A stretch of 64,000 nucleotides of DNA from Styela clava (Eukaryota). Every line of letters begins with the position of its first letter. Within the stretch, counting starts at the first letter, position 1. Below are positions 52,831 to 64,000 of this stretch, in pieces. Location of the stretch: contig NC_135262.1 of the NCBI RefSeq assembly GCF_964204865.1, positions 17,298,001-17,362,000 of the forward strand, written 5' to 3'. The notes beneath the pieces were generated by a model. The model was not told where the DNA came from and did no database searches. It saw nothing but the letters and a program-made list of their open reading frames with translations. The translations under genes and the position numbers were made by a program.

Positions 52831-54108
52831 CCGAGTATTGTTAAGTTAAAAACTTGGGAAGCTAAGTTTCTGTCAGTTTTAAACTTCTACCATGGTGTAA
52901 TATCAGCACATGATACAGTATCTGTTTGTACTGGCAGACTGTTGCAGTTCTTAACGTGCCGTTATGCGATCGTGGTTCGCTATACCAGTACCGTATACTG
53001 CTACCGTCTTATCAGCTTCCCTTGTCGGAATAAAAATCCCATATCGGCATGTGAGTTCAATTACAGAATTAATGAATTTTAAAGTTTGATACTTATTACT
53101 GTAATATGCCAGATTGACATAAAACTGAAAAACATTTAAAATCAAAATCATTGTTATCAAGTTAGGGAACAAACAAGGAAGTCACAACATTCATGTCTAA
53201 TATCCTGCATCATGATCACCAAAAATTAAGCTGTTAACATAAATGACCAGTAACATAATATTAATCATCTCATTGAGGAATACAAAAAAAATGGTAATTG
53301 CAGGATTGAGCTTGCTAATTTTCTTATTCCTGGATTAAAACATGTCCATATTTACGAAAGCGCTTGTTGCAAAAACTTTATTAAATATAACAGTGCATTA
53401 AATTATGAACATAGAATTGTAGCTGAACCATTTATTTTATGAACTTATTTCTCGTTGCCAGAGGAAATAGACATCTTAAATAGCAAATTTGCTTCGATAT
53501 CTTTATTGGTTAGCCTAGAATTCTTCTCTAGATTGATTTTAAATGATTTTTTAAAACATGAGTACGCCGATGTGTAGCGTAGTGCAGATGAACTGTAGCT
53601 ATGGAGCTTAATTTTTTACCTCAAGCTGGGCTCCGTTCTATGGGCATTGAGATATTTTTTCAATGCCATAAAACAGCCTAAATGCTAGTTTTTAGAAGAG
53701 CGACTTAAATCTTCGATACAAGTTTCAATATTAAACTTTTAAACTCAGGTTGATTTAAATAAAATAATTATTCCGAATTAAAGTTAAAAAATCATGAGCT
53801 AAAATCATAGTTTTATAATTTTTATGCAATATTAGAAATGTAAAAAAATAATTAGATGGGTAGGAGCTGGAGCTTCTTAATTTTTGGTAGCTGCAACTCC
53901 AGCTCTGACAAATTGTCATGGCTTCAGCTCTCAGCCCTGGTTTTTGTGACTCCTCGTTAATACCTGTTTTTAGCTATCCACAATAATATCTACCGTAGTT
54001 TTCACTTTGACTCTATAGTTGATATTTTGATGTGACTGTTATTGTCCTCATTTGAAATTATCAATTTAGTGGTAAATATTGCTTGGAAATATATCAAAAT
54101 CAACCTAT

Positions 54109-54355
54109 AACAATTATTTTTGACTGTTAGAATAGAGGTTTAGCATTATATTATATTCTTAATCGTATATATCTGAATAGCTGGGCATGACTTTATGGTT
54201 TCCTCTCCAGTTGCTGAATTATCTTATCCTATCCTACATGTAACAATTATTTTTGACTATTAGAATAGAAGTTTTTATATTATTTCCCATTTGTATATAC
54301 GGTATCTGAATAGCTAGGTATAACTTTATGATTGCCTTTCCAATCGTTGAATTTG
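54109..54355. repeat. Diverged tandem duplication, about 133-bp unit, 2 copies
   Basis: aacaattatttttgact(g/a)ttagaatagaa/g...tatctgaatagct at 54109 and 54242. Confidence 0.7.
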
Positions 54356-55764
54356 CTACAACTCTTTAATATATCCAGTCTATTTAATTATTCCAAATGA
54401 CACATACTGTAATTCAATAATGTGAGAGTAATATACCAAAAGCGAAATTGTCCAGGTGAAAAAGGGTAACTTGCTAGAGATCAGGATCTGTTGTTATTAA
54501 TTTAGCCAAATTACAGCCCCAGCGACCCTAACTAGAACTAGGTGAGAAAATCACTCTCAATTTATTTTTGCAGTTTTAATTTATTTTTATAATTTGTATT
54601 ATTATTTGAAATACCATCATCATTATTTTGTTTCACTGTGGATAAAGGGAAGAAGTATCTGTTAAAGGTTGTCTCTGAAGTTGAACTTTCTGGAGCAATT
54701 TTTTAACACATCAATTGCTTCATGGTACTTCTCGACAATAAAGGTATTTCTTTATAATTTCTTATCTATAATATGAAATATTTTTGTGTCTTTCCAATAG
54801 TGGTCACCAAATAATAATTCATTGTATTTGAAAATTCATGAATTGAGATGAACTATTTTTTATTGTTCAACTTTGTTCTTTAAAAATGTATAAATATGAT
54901 GTATATGTTTCTTAATTAAATATTTTTAGGCATTTAAGCGCTGCTTTTCAGTGCAAAAAATCATGTTGGCTTCATGTTATTAGCTTTGAGTGAAAATGCC
55001 CAGATTACATTGTGCGTGTTCATATTCAAATATTCATATGGTTTGGAAATTTATAGCTTTTGTTTAAAGATAATACCTAACTTCAATATTCATGGTTTGC
55101 CAGTTGACTTTGATGAAAAACAGTTATATTTTGTAATTTCAAGTTTTATTCTTAAATACCTAACACACAGATGTTTTATGATCTATTATTGCTGTACTGT
55201 TGGTATTCATTGCTACCAAATATTTGGTACAGATATTAAAATATAACAATATAGTTGTTGTTGTTAAAATCTAGTGAAATTAAGGAATTTCTCAATTTAC
55301 TTTTTGGTATTTCTCTAGTAAATTTGTAAATTTCTCTAACAAACTTTACAAAGATTGTTTACAAAGAAATACAGTATCTGTTTTAATTTAATAGGATTTT
55401 TTTTATAAATCATATCTACATTCAGTACCAATTTCATGTCAATTTTAACTCATCAGTGAGGTATACAAGGAATTTGCTTCCTTGAACAATGAAAATGTAT
55501 CAGATTTCACTCGCACGATTCAATTCTGCTGTCGCAAATTCCATGCGTCAATGACAGATCGTGTTAGATAGCAGCCTTCTCTGCGTAATTTTTTCTTAAT
55601 AATAGTGAGATTAAAATCTATACTGAGTCTTTCATTGTCATTTCTTGTCTCAAATTTACATCTTGAATAATCATAGTCACGTTTTTTGCTTCATTAAAAT
55701 ATTGGGCAAGTTCAAGTGATTTAAAGTGTTTACAGTTTTCTATTTCTGTTTTCTTAGGCATCCA

Positions 55765-56535
55765 ATGATGGCCATGCAGTCCGCTTCGCATAGGCAAGGC
55801 GGGTATCCAGAAAAAGAGCTTGGGGATCTGCTCGATTTTTCGGTAAGTAATTACATTGTATACATTGTGGGCGAATGATATTCGTTTTTGTATGCCCTGT
55901 CCTGGTGTTGGAGCCTGGAGCCATGGATCTGAAAAAGACTGAAAAAATCGTTGATAATGTGTGCAATTGCATATTGTTAAAATCACACTAATAGTTTTCG
56001 TCAGTGTGATGTGTTATTTAGGCCGTAAACACCTTTACGCCGGTGTTAAATTTGTACGCACTGACAAAGACTAGACAGACCATACAATATCATGCCAATA
56101 ATAATAATATCATTAATTTTTTAACTGGAATTCAGTATTCAGTTCTTGTGATTGTATTGCTTCTTAGTTAGCGTGATATCGATTTGAGCAAATAAATTTT
56201 TTTATAAAAAAAGTAAAGTTTAGTGACAATAAATTCCATTAGCATTTCTAATTCTGAAATTTCTTAAGTTGGATCCATGCATTTGCCAATTAAAAAATTT
56301 ACTTTTTTTTCAATCACCATTCATATATGCTATATCACAATTCAATTTTGTTCCTGTAAACTGCCACATTGAAGCCTATTTGAGATAGGAAGTAATTTGT
56401 TTGTTTTAATTGGCAACCTATAGGAAGTTATTTATTACCTGTAATAATTATTTATTTTTCCTTAGATGTTCCCAGCTACAAAAAGATCAGAAGGTTCCGC
56501 CCCTCCGCTGCATTCCAGTTCATTCAAACAAGCAG
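55765..56535 (+). CDS. TCF3/4/12: Class I bHLH E-protein (E12/E47, TCF3/TCF4/TCF12-like), first two coding exons; rest of gene lies downstream
   Basis: Exon 55758-55842 (ttcttag|...|gtaagt, ATG at 55765) encodes MMAMQSASHRQGGYPEKELGDLLDFS. Exon 56466-56535 encodes MFPATKRSEGSAPPLHSSSFKQA and ends in phase 1. EKELGDLLDFS|MFP matches the E-protein AD1 motif DKELSDLLDFS-x-MF, with the intron at the equivalent position. Confidence 0.88.
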
Positions 56536-56729
56536 GTAGAATATTATTTTGATATTTTTTGTGGATGACAAAATTATTATACTAAAGGTAGTAGTGTATT
56601 CCATAACTATAACACATTTTTTCGTTTCAACTCATAAATCAAAATTTGCTTCATAAAATCCTCAAATCATAAGGTGTACAAATGCTTAGGCCCCTGGAAA
56701 TCAATTCACCAAAAACTAGTTATTACTTC

Positions 56730-56842
56730 ATTACTTATTTCTAATATATGTGCATTTTATTACTTATTTCTAATATATGTGCATTTTATTACTTATTTCT
56801 AATATATGTGCATTTTATTACTTATTTCTAATTTATGTGCAT
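56730..56842. repeat. Minisatellite, 29-bp unit, about 4 copies
   Basis: attacttatttctaatatatgtgcatttt repeated near-perfectly. Confidence 0.9.
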
Positions 56843-59800
56843 AACTCACTTTTGTTTGTGAATTACGAAGTCAATTAAAAATCTTCCACAAGAGTTAATG
56901 GTTTAATAATGAGCACCGATGCAGAAACTGATTGCTGCACTTTTTTAATTTTGAATGGTGGTTTACTATGATTTACTGGTAATAACATTGTGGTGTATAT
57001 GCAATCTATACGGAATGTGCTTACTTTAATAAATATTTGAAGCTTCATTACGAAGTTGTGGTTTAATGTTATAGGTAATGCTGACTGCTAATTACCTGCA
57101 TCCCAACTTAATTAGCATATGCAAATATCAGTTCTTTGAGCCGCACTTTAATCCCAGTTATAAATAAACATTTTTGATGGGGAGATGCCAAATGAGTCTC
57201 TCAGGTTCATTACGTACTGAGTGAAGACCATTGAACTCATGAGGTTTCTCAAAGGTTATTTAAATACCTCTCGTGCCAACTATGTAATGTATTGTTGGCA
57301 TTGTCTATAGCAAAATACTTGAACGGTTTTTATTTGCATTATTGTGTCATTTTATGTACAATAACTCCGCATTATCTATCTACTTTTTTATTCGACTTTC
57401 ATGGTATATAACAATTCGGTAACGAATAAATGCATGGTAGAATCGCATAAATATCATAAACATTGTGAAAGTCTGAAGAGCGCAATCAAGTCTAAATAGG
57501 TGGTAATATTACTCTTCAGTTATATCCTTATGACTTCATGATAGCTTTCTTCATTTTATTGATTCGGGGAGTGAACAAGTAATCTGAAGGCAGACTAAAT
57601 TTTTGTTGCAGTAAATATTCCATATTATTAGTAGTTCAATTTGAATGAAAATTAAAATAAGTTCAGTTTTTTTAGTGACGCATTCTAAAGATTAAGATGA
57701 GATTTATTTGTATTGTAATCTACCTTTGTCCTAATACTAGCGCTTGGAAATGACGTGGAAAGAATTCATAGAGATTAACCTTTGACCTGCTGTGAACCAT
57801 TTTATTAACTTGTACATTAATAAGTTGCACTTCTTGCATTATTCAATCTAATTTTGGTAAATCAGTAATGAGGATTGGGTAAAGGTACACACCGCCCTGT
57901 CCTTGACAAAGGTTAATTTGGTTGTCTATCGTTTTGAAATGGATTAGTAGGGTGGTCAAATGTCAATCACTAATGCACAAATTGATTTTTCATTGGGGTC
58001 CTGGTCAATCTATATCATCATTTATGTACACAGTTTGTGTTAACACCTTCATGGGAGTTTGATTATCTTACTTGTTGACAGCTTGATAAACTGTGTTGCA
58101 ATTAGGCTTATAACTAACTTGATGACACATGCAATTCTTGAGGCAGGGTAAGAACCTGTTTTCACGCAATCATTCAATTAATAGAATGTATCTGATGATT
58201 ATGAATATCAGTAAGTTTGCTTCAAGTAAATATGTCTATTCACCTATTTGTTTTGTGATAGTTATGCTGTCGCTAAGAGTTTATCATTTCTTCTCAGTTG
58301 AGTAGTAAACCTTCTACCTCTTGTGTGAATTTGGGGGGAAATAAATCAAGAAAGCATAGAAAATGAAATTGAATTACTGTAAGTATATCATTAGCATTAT
58401 TTTGGAGACTTCGAAAAACAGGTTTTTAAAATTTGACTTTAATAATAGTGATTCTCCAAAATATGTAGCCGAGATATAGAATTGAAAAATGGATTCGTGA
58501 TATTGCCAAGATCCCAAATTTGCTAATATTTTTGTATGCGCTTTTCAATACAAAGATGCATAGTCAGCTAATAGCTAAATGTATATTAATTCAAACATGA
58601 TGAATTTACAAAGAAAATTAGTACAAACACTATGGGAAACCATTCATCATTGATGTTTCTTGTGTGGGTTATCAATGCTCCCTTTCACATCCATCACATT
58701 CGGGGTCAGACGCTGATAACGATCCATAACAATAGATAAGAATTTCACTTTGTTTTGCTTGGCTTTACCACCTACCTGACAAGTACACAATGCGGTTTTA
58801 GCGTAAAATTTGCGGCGTTATCAGCACCTGTTCACTGAAAACCCGCTGACATATTGCCTGTTACTTTATTTTTAGAGATGGGCTGAAAAAATGATTTGTT
58901 TTCTATTGTAATAAATGTCCAAATCTTTCATCTTTGGTCGCCAAGTACATTCAGTCTATTAATAAGATTGCTTGCATTCAAAAGTTGTTTTGGATGATGT
59001 TATTTCAAAATCAGGATTTACACCAAATTTGATAAGTCTAAAATCATAATTTCAAAGCTACACGGAGGTATTTATTATTTTATGTACATATTACAGAGAT
59101 TTTCGTAAGCAAAAGTAGCCCAAAAATGCATAAGTACATGGTAATGAATTCGAAAAAATTTAAATTAGCAAATATCTATTATTTAGATCAATTCTTGCGC
59201 ATGATCATTACCATAAATTAAAAGTTAAATTACTCTTTTATTTTAGTACTCTTATTGTTGTATTGTTTGTTTACATCTCCTATTGAAGAGGCTTTTTGAT
59301 TTTAATAATAAGTGATCTAGTTTCATTAATGGGTAAAGGTGTGAGAATGTCTCTAATGGTCTTTTATCCCATTGGCTTCTAAGTGCTTTCAACACCTTCT
59401 TATTTGTGTATTACTCTTCTTACAATGCTCTATTGGAATTAGTCAATCCTGCCTTTTGTAAAGTTAGTTACCCCAACACAGAACACGAAGATTCACTTTC
59501 GTTATCGATTATTTTTGTTTGTCTTTTTGATTTGCTGGCGGAGAAAGTGCCCGCATTAAATCATTAATCTCACCCCCTGACAGATTTTCTTGTGTGGAAT
59601 AATTGAGAAGTAGATGTGGGTAGAAAGTCAATTCGTACAATCATCGCCCGTGCGCAGACTGACGTTATACAATGATTTACGTCTTCTGCAATTAATATAT
59701 GGCCAATCCTTTGATACTAAAACAGCAAAGATGGATATTGCTGAAAAGAAACAATTCAAATTTTACTACTCCGATATTTGTAATAAATAGTACGCACAAC

Positions 59801-60929
59801 TGGGTTACAAATCTTATCATCATCAGCCAATCGTACTATGATGATGTATTATTTAATGATCGAAGTGTAATGTGCAAACGCAATAAAAAGAATCGTTCTC
59901 AAATTCCTGTGTTAGTATGATTTTGTATTCAACTATTTCAGAGCGATGTCCGTTATAATAAGCATTCGTGCGCGCGTTTTGGCGTATGGAAAAATCGGTA
60001 GCAATTTAATTAACAGATATTACCATGTGTTTCAAAAAGGGTATTGTTATTAATATCGTCTATAATATTACCGTTAGCTCGTCCTAGTCATCTGACCCCC
60101 TCTACGGTATATTATAAGTCATGAATACAAACAAATAGTTTCGTGAAAGTATGCAAAAAGTAAGAAATATTTTTTTGTAAAATATTTGAGATGTAATGTT
60201 CAATCTAACATGGCATGGGTCTGGAAATTTCAAATATTGTCAACTTCGCTATATTTTTCTCTGAAACACCTTTGGCCCAATTTGGACCAAACAATGCTTC
60301 ATACATTCTTGCAAACATGGTGCTAACCAAAATTGATTGACCGCCGATAAAGTTTTCTTCATAGGTGAGACCGGCAATAGGTACAAACAGCTGTGTAAAT
60401 AACGGGCTAGTCCTACTTAATACCCGACGGCTGTAATTTACTTTTCTACCTAAGACATCGCTATCTCATTTACCATTGTTATTGGCTTGGTTGCGCCGAT
60501 TGGTGATGCCATATTATTACGAGTATGACCTATTCATTTGTAAATTTTCTCGCGATGAGTAATTCCAAGATACTGTTCGTTTTTAATTCCGTGTGGGAAT
60601 TTTTTAATCGATTATGCAGAAATGATATTTTGAATATCTCGTTCCCCATTATTTAGCATTTGGTTCTTACTTTGATACTTTTATCTTCATAAAAAATAAT
60701 AATAAACAATGCAGGTCAGATTTATTAGAATTTCTCCTAGTACCCAAATCCCAGTGCTCCATAATAAATTACCGGTATGGGCAAAACATTTTTCTGCGTA
60801 TTTAAAATGGAATGACTATCGCTTCCGCTGTCGTCCAATAGCAAAAGAAAAATATAGTAATTTGGCGTTCCAGAAGTGTGTGCAACAATATAGAGGTCAC
60901 TAGTTTTTTTTTTCGCTCACTTTACTTCA

Positions 60930-61079
60930 AGTTGTGTGAAGGGACTGAAACCTATGAGCAGGGGGTATATTCACTTGGCTAATACAGACAGTCCCCGAAC
61001 TCGTAATAGAATTAAAATAAGGAAGATCGAAATAAAATTATGGCCTAACCCTAACCTGGTACACCACTACGATAGTACC
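60930..61079 (+). repeat. Dispersed short repeat family, copy 3
   Basis: gggggtatattcacttggctaatacagacagtccccgaactcgtaatagaa matches copy 2. Confidence 0.7.
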
Positions 61080-64000
61080 AGTGTTTGCGATATCTAACCG
61101 TAATCATTTTTATACCCGCCTGATCAGTTTTGCAGATCAGTCAGATCAGTCTGGTGTCTGTAATTGGGATTTGGGTTTGATAATATAATGAAGTTTTTCG
61201 CCCTTTACTCGCAATATAGACGGGAACATAGAAATAGCTTCTTTGGATTACAAGCTACGCCTCTCAGTTCAGTGACAATGCTCACCACCTGCTGAGGTAA
61301 AATCCCTCAAGACATAAATACGGACGTCCCGCCTTGAAATTAGAATTGACGCATGGTACTATTCAATTCGCCTTATACGCACAAAGAAATGCCATGGGCT
61401 GGATATAGATCACTATGAATAGCACGAAGAACCTACAGAAATATATAGCTGTTAACATTTGAGGGCCCGGAAAAATGATCAAAAAAAAAAAAATTAAAGT
61501 CGAGTCTTTGTTATTTAGATCAACCCATGTCCAATTTGTAGTAGTTAGAAATGAAAGCGTTCACTAGATTAATATTTTTAAAATAAATTTCATGAATATG
61601 CGTTGTCGTTTTGTTAGATGAAACTATGATATCTGCAACAGAGTCCCCAGACCATTTTCTCCATATTTGAAATATTAAGCGACGGTCTCCGCCCTCCAAC
61701 CATCTCTAGCGAATTTTGTATATTGCACGGATTTCTCATTCACTTGTTATATTACCGGTTTCTTATATTACAATGACTGTAAAAATCGATGTATGTGAAA
61801 ATGTATAAGAAAAATATTTAAACTGCATTGAAAAGTCATTATGTTAAGTCGGAAAAAAGAAAATATTTTATTCTGCTAGTTGACATTTTGGTTAAAGCAC
61901 AAATATTGACACCGATATATATTCAATCAGCTAAATGTTCACCTGCTTCAACCTATCCACTTCAACCCGTGTTTTGCTCGCCACGGTAAGTATAGAGCAA
62001 AGCAAACCTTTTTTTATCATAGTTGCAACCACATCACAGTTAGTTAAATATTATATAAAATATACCTAGTCGAACGCGGGCCGCTTATGAGCCCTCGTTT
62101 TGACACATGACTTCCAGGCTTGGTAAAGACTTTAGGAGAATTAGAAATGGAATTTCCGAATGTTTTGAATTAGGCAAAAACCGAGTCCAAATGTTTGTGC
62201 AATATAATATCGTTCGTATTCTTTCCTTTACAATATCATAACCTCAATCTTAAAGTTGAAGATAAGGCACGCGTCGTCGAGTGCCTCCATACCGTTGAAG
62301 TGTTTTCTTGTAAATCTTCTTCTACTGTATATTAAGTACCTTAGGGTTGCATTGACTGATTTAACTGTGGACTGTTTGATTGTTGCCTAAGTAAGGAAAA
62401 ATTGCTCCGCAATTCGTCATTCATGATTTAACCGCCTCGTTTACATTATATTTTGCATTAACGAGGGTGATCGCACAAAAAACAAAATCCGTACATTTCT
62501 TGATTACTTCCATGAAAATAAAGAATATTTAATTAACACTTACACGTCTGATTGTAATCTAGGACGCCTTGCACGAATAAATATTTTATTTCCTAAATAT
62601 GTTCCAAACGACCGTTCTTCCTGGTCACCCTAGATGTAGCAAAAGTGTATACTGTTCCCATACCTCATCGGAAATATTTTGTTATTCTTGCCCCCAAAAT
62701 ACCTGTTTCATGAAGTGACTACAGGATATAATTTTTCTTTCAACATGTTGAATATTATACACCATTACACGGAGCGGAATTTTTAAATCTCGATGCCGAA
62801 CGATACTCAAGTGGTTTCTGTGTTTGGTCAGCGGGCGTACAAATTATTATACTCCAACCCATAAGGGCCATGTAAACGCGATTTTTTCATCTATATACCG
62901 GTACCAAACTTGTTATATTATATCTAAAAACCGGTAAATGGCATAGGCGTCCATATGGGAATAGTCCTTGATAATCCCTAAAGAATACATATATTCATGT
63001 TTTCATGTGTATGGAATGTATGTAGCCTTTTCCAATATCGTATGCTTAAAATGTATTTATTTCGACTCACTTTTTAGTTCAGTTAATATGCAACAGTAAA
63101 TATAGCTTTTCTTGATAAAGCTTTTCATTCTACCATTTTTCGCTTGTTACCCCTTATAAATTGACAACCCTAATCCACTCTGCGAATAGTTGAATTACTG
63201 ATTAAAATTTTGGATTTGAGTGAATATTTGTTCTGTTTTGAATATTTGTATTAAATTTATATTGTAATATATTGATTAGCAATTCTCAGAGGAGGCCCAA
63301 TCATTTCAACTGTAATATTACAATACTCATGGTTAGGAAAAAACCAGTAATATTAACTACGCTTTACGTAAATGTCTATGAAAAGGGGCCATATTTAACT
63401 GCACGTTTTATAAAAATGAAGTACATGAAAATACCACTTAATTTACTGCTTTTTAAAAGTTGTCACAATCTTACTAACTAGCGATTTGATTTACGATATC
63501 GAAGAATGTATATGAATATTTTTGTTTGTGGCTACACCTGGACGCACGTCGTTTTAGCGTATAATATTACCGTTAACGTTATAAGAAACGTGTCTTATGT
63601 ATTGTATGGGTTTTGACGGCGTCCGAATTGTTTTTATTGCGTTATGTGTGACGATAGCGATTTGCGTTTTAAATTTGTGATTCAGTGGATAATACTGGCA
63701 TTTTTTTTTTATCTCATGTTCTCTCCTAATTGTGCTCAAAACAAGTTCAATGATGCCGGTGTACAAGACTTGTGGGACTATACCCTGGGTGGTTTTTGGA
63801 CCTGGAACCAAAAATTTCGCATATCTAGCTAATCTGGCGGGCCACGTGAGTTTGACGTAAAAGTTACATTTCGTGAACAGTATTTACCGTGTTACGAAAG
63901 CAAACGTGGAAAACAATAAGCCTCGTGCCAAAACTAAATTTAATCGCAATCTCAACAAATTCCTTGGTAGCTAATTTTAGCTAAAACATCAAAATTTGGT

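Noticed and set aside
55618-55986. 122-aa and 72-aa minus-strand ORFs
   Set aside because: Antisense shadows of the E-protein AD1 exon.
56730-56842. 29-bp repeats of CRISPR-like length
   Set aside because: Head-to-tail with no spacers, in a eukaryotic intron; an ordinary minisatellite.

Overview
AT-rich, intron-containing animal genomic DNA, not prokaryotic. An invertebrate chordate such as an ascidian is plausible, but that is inference. Three spliced protein-coding genes can be reconstructed by hand from GT-AG boundaries with consistent phases. (1) The 3' part of a WD40-repeat gene (+, 8 exons, 7604-18719). (2) A complete 14-exon FMN/Cappuccino-type formin (-, 45286-37171, about 1108 aa) with an N-terminal DEP-like domain, almost no FH1 polyproline and an extended C-terminal tail. 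(3) The first two coding exons of a class I bHLH E-protein gene (E2A/TCF3/4/12-like, +, from 55765), which the ORF track misses. Between them lie many transposons: hAT, Tc1/mariner, pogo and MULE-type MITEs, three Helentron-like (HINE) copies, and Gypsy, LINE, pogo and hAT coding relics. Other items are a U2 snRNA 5' fragment, an unexplained overlapping-ORF locus near 25 kb, and a young non-autonomous LTR element with non-canonical TA...TA ends nested in a hAT element. I found no convincing wholly new system. The best leads are the atypical formin, the LTR element and the 25 kb ORF cluster.
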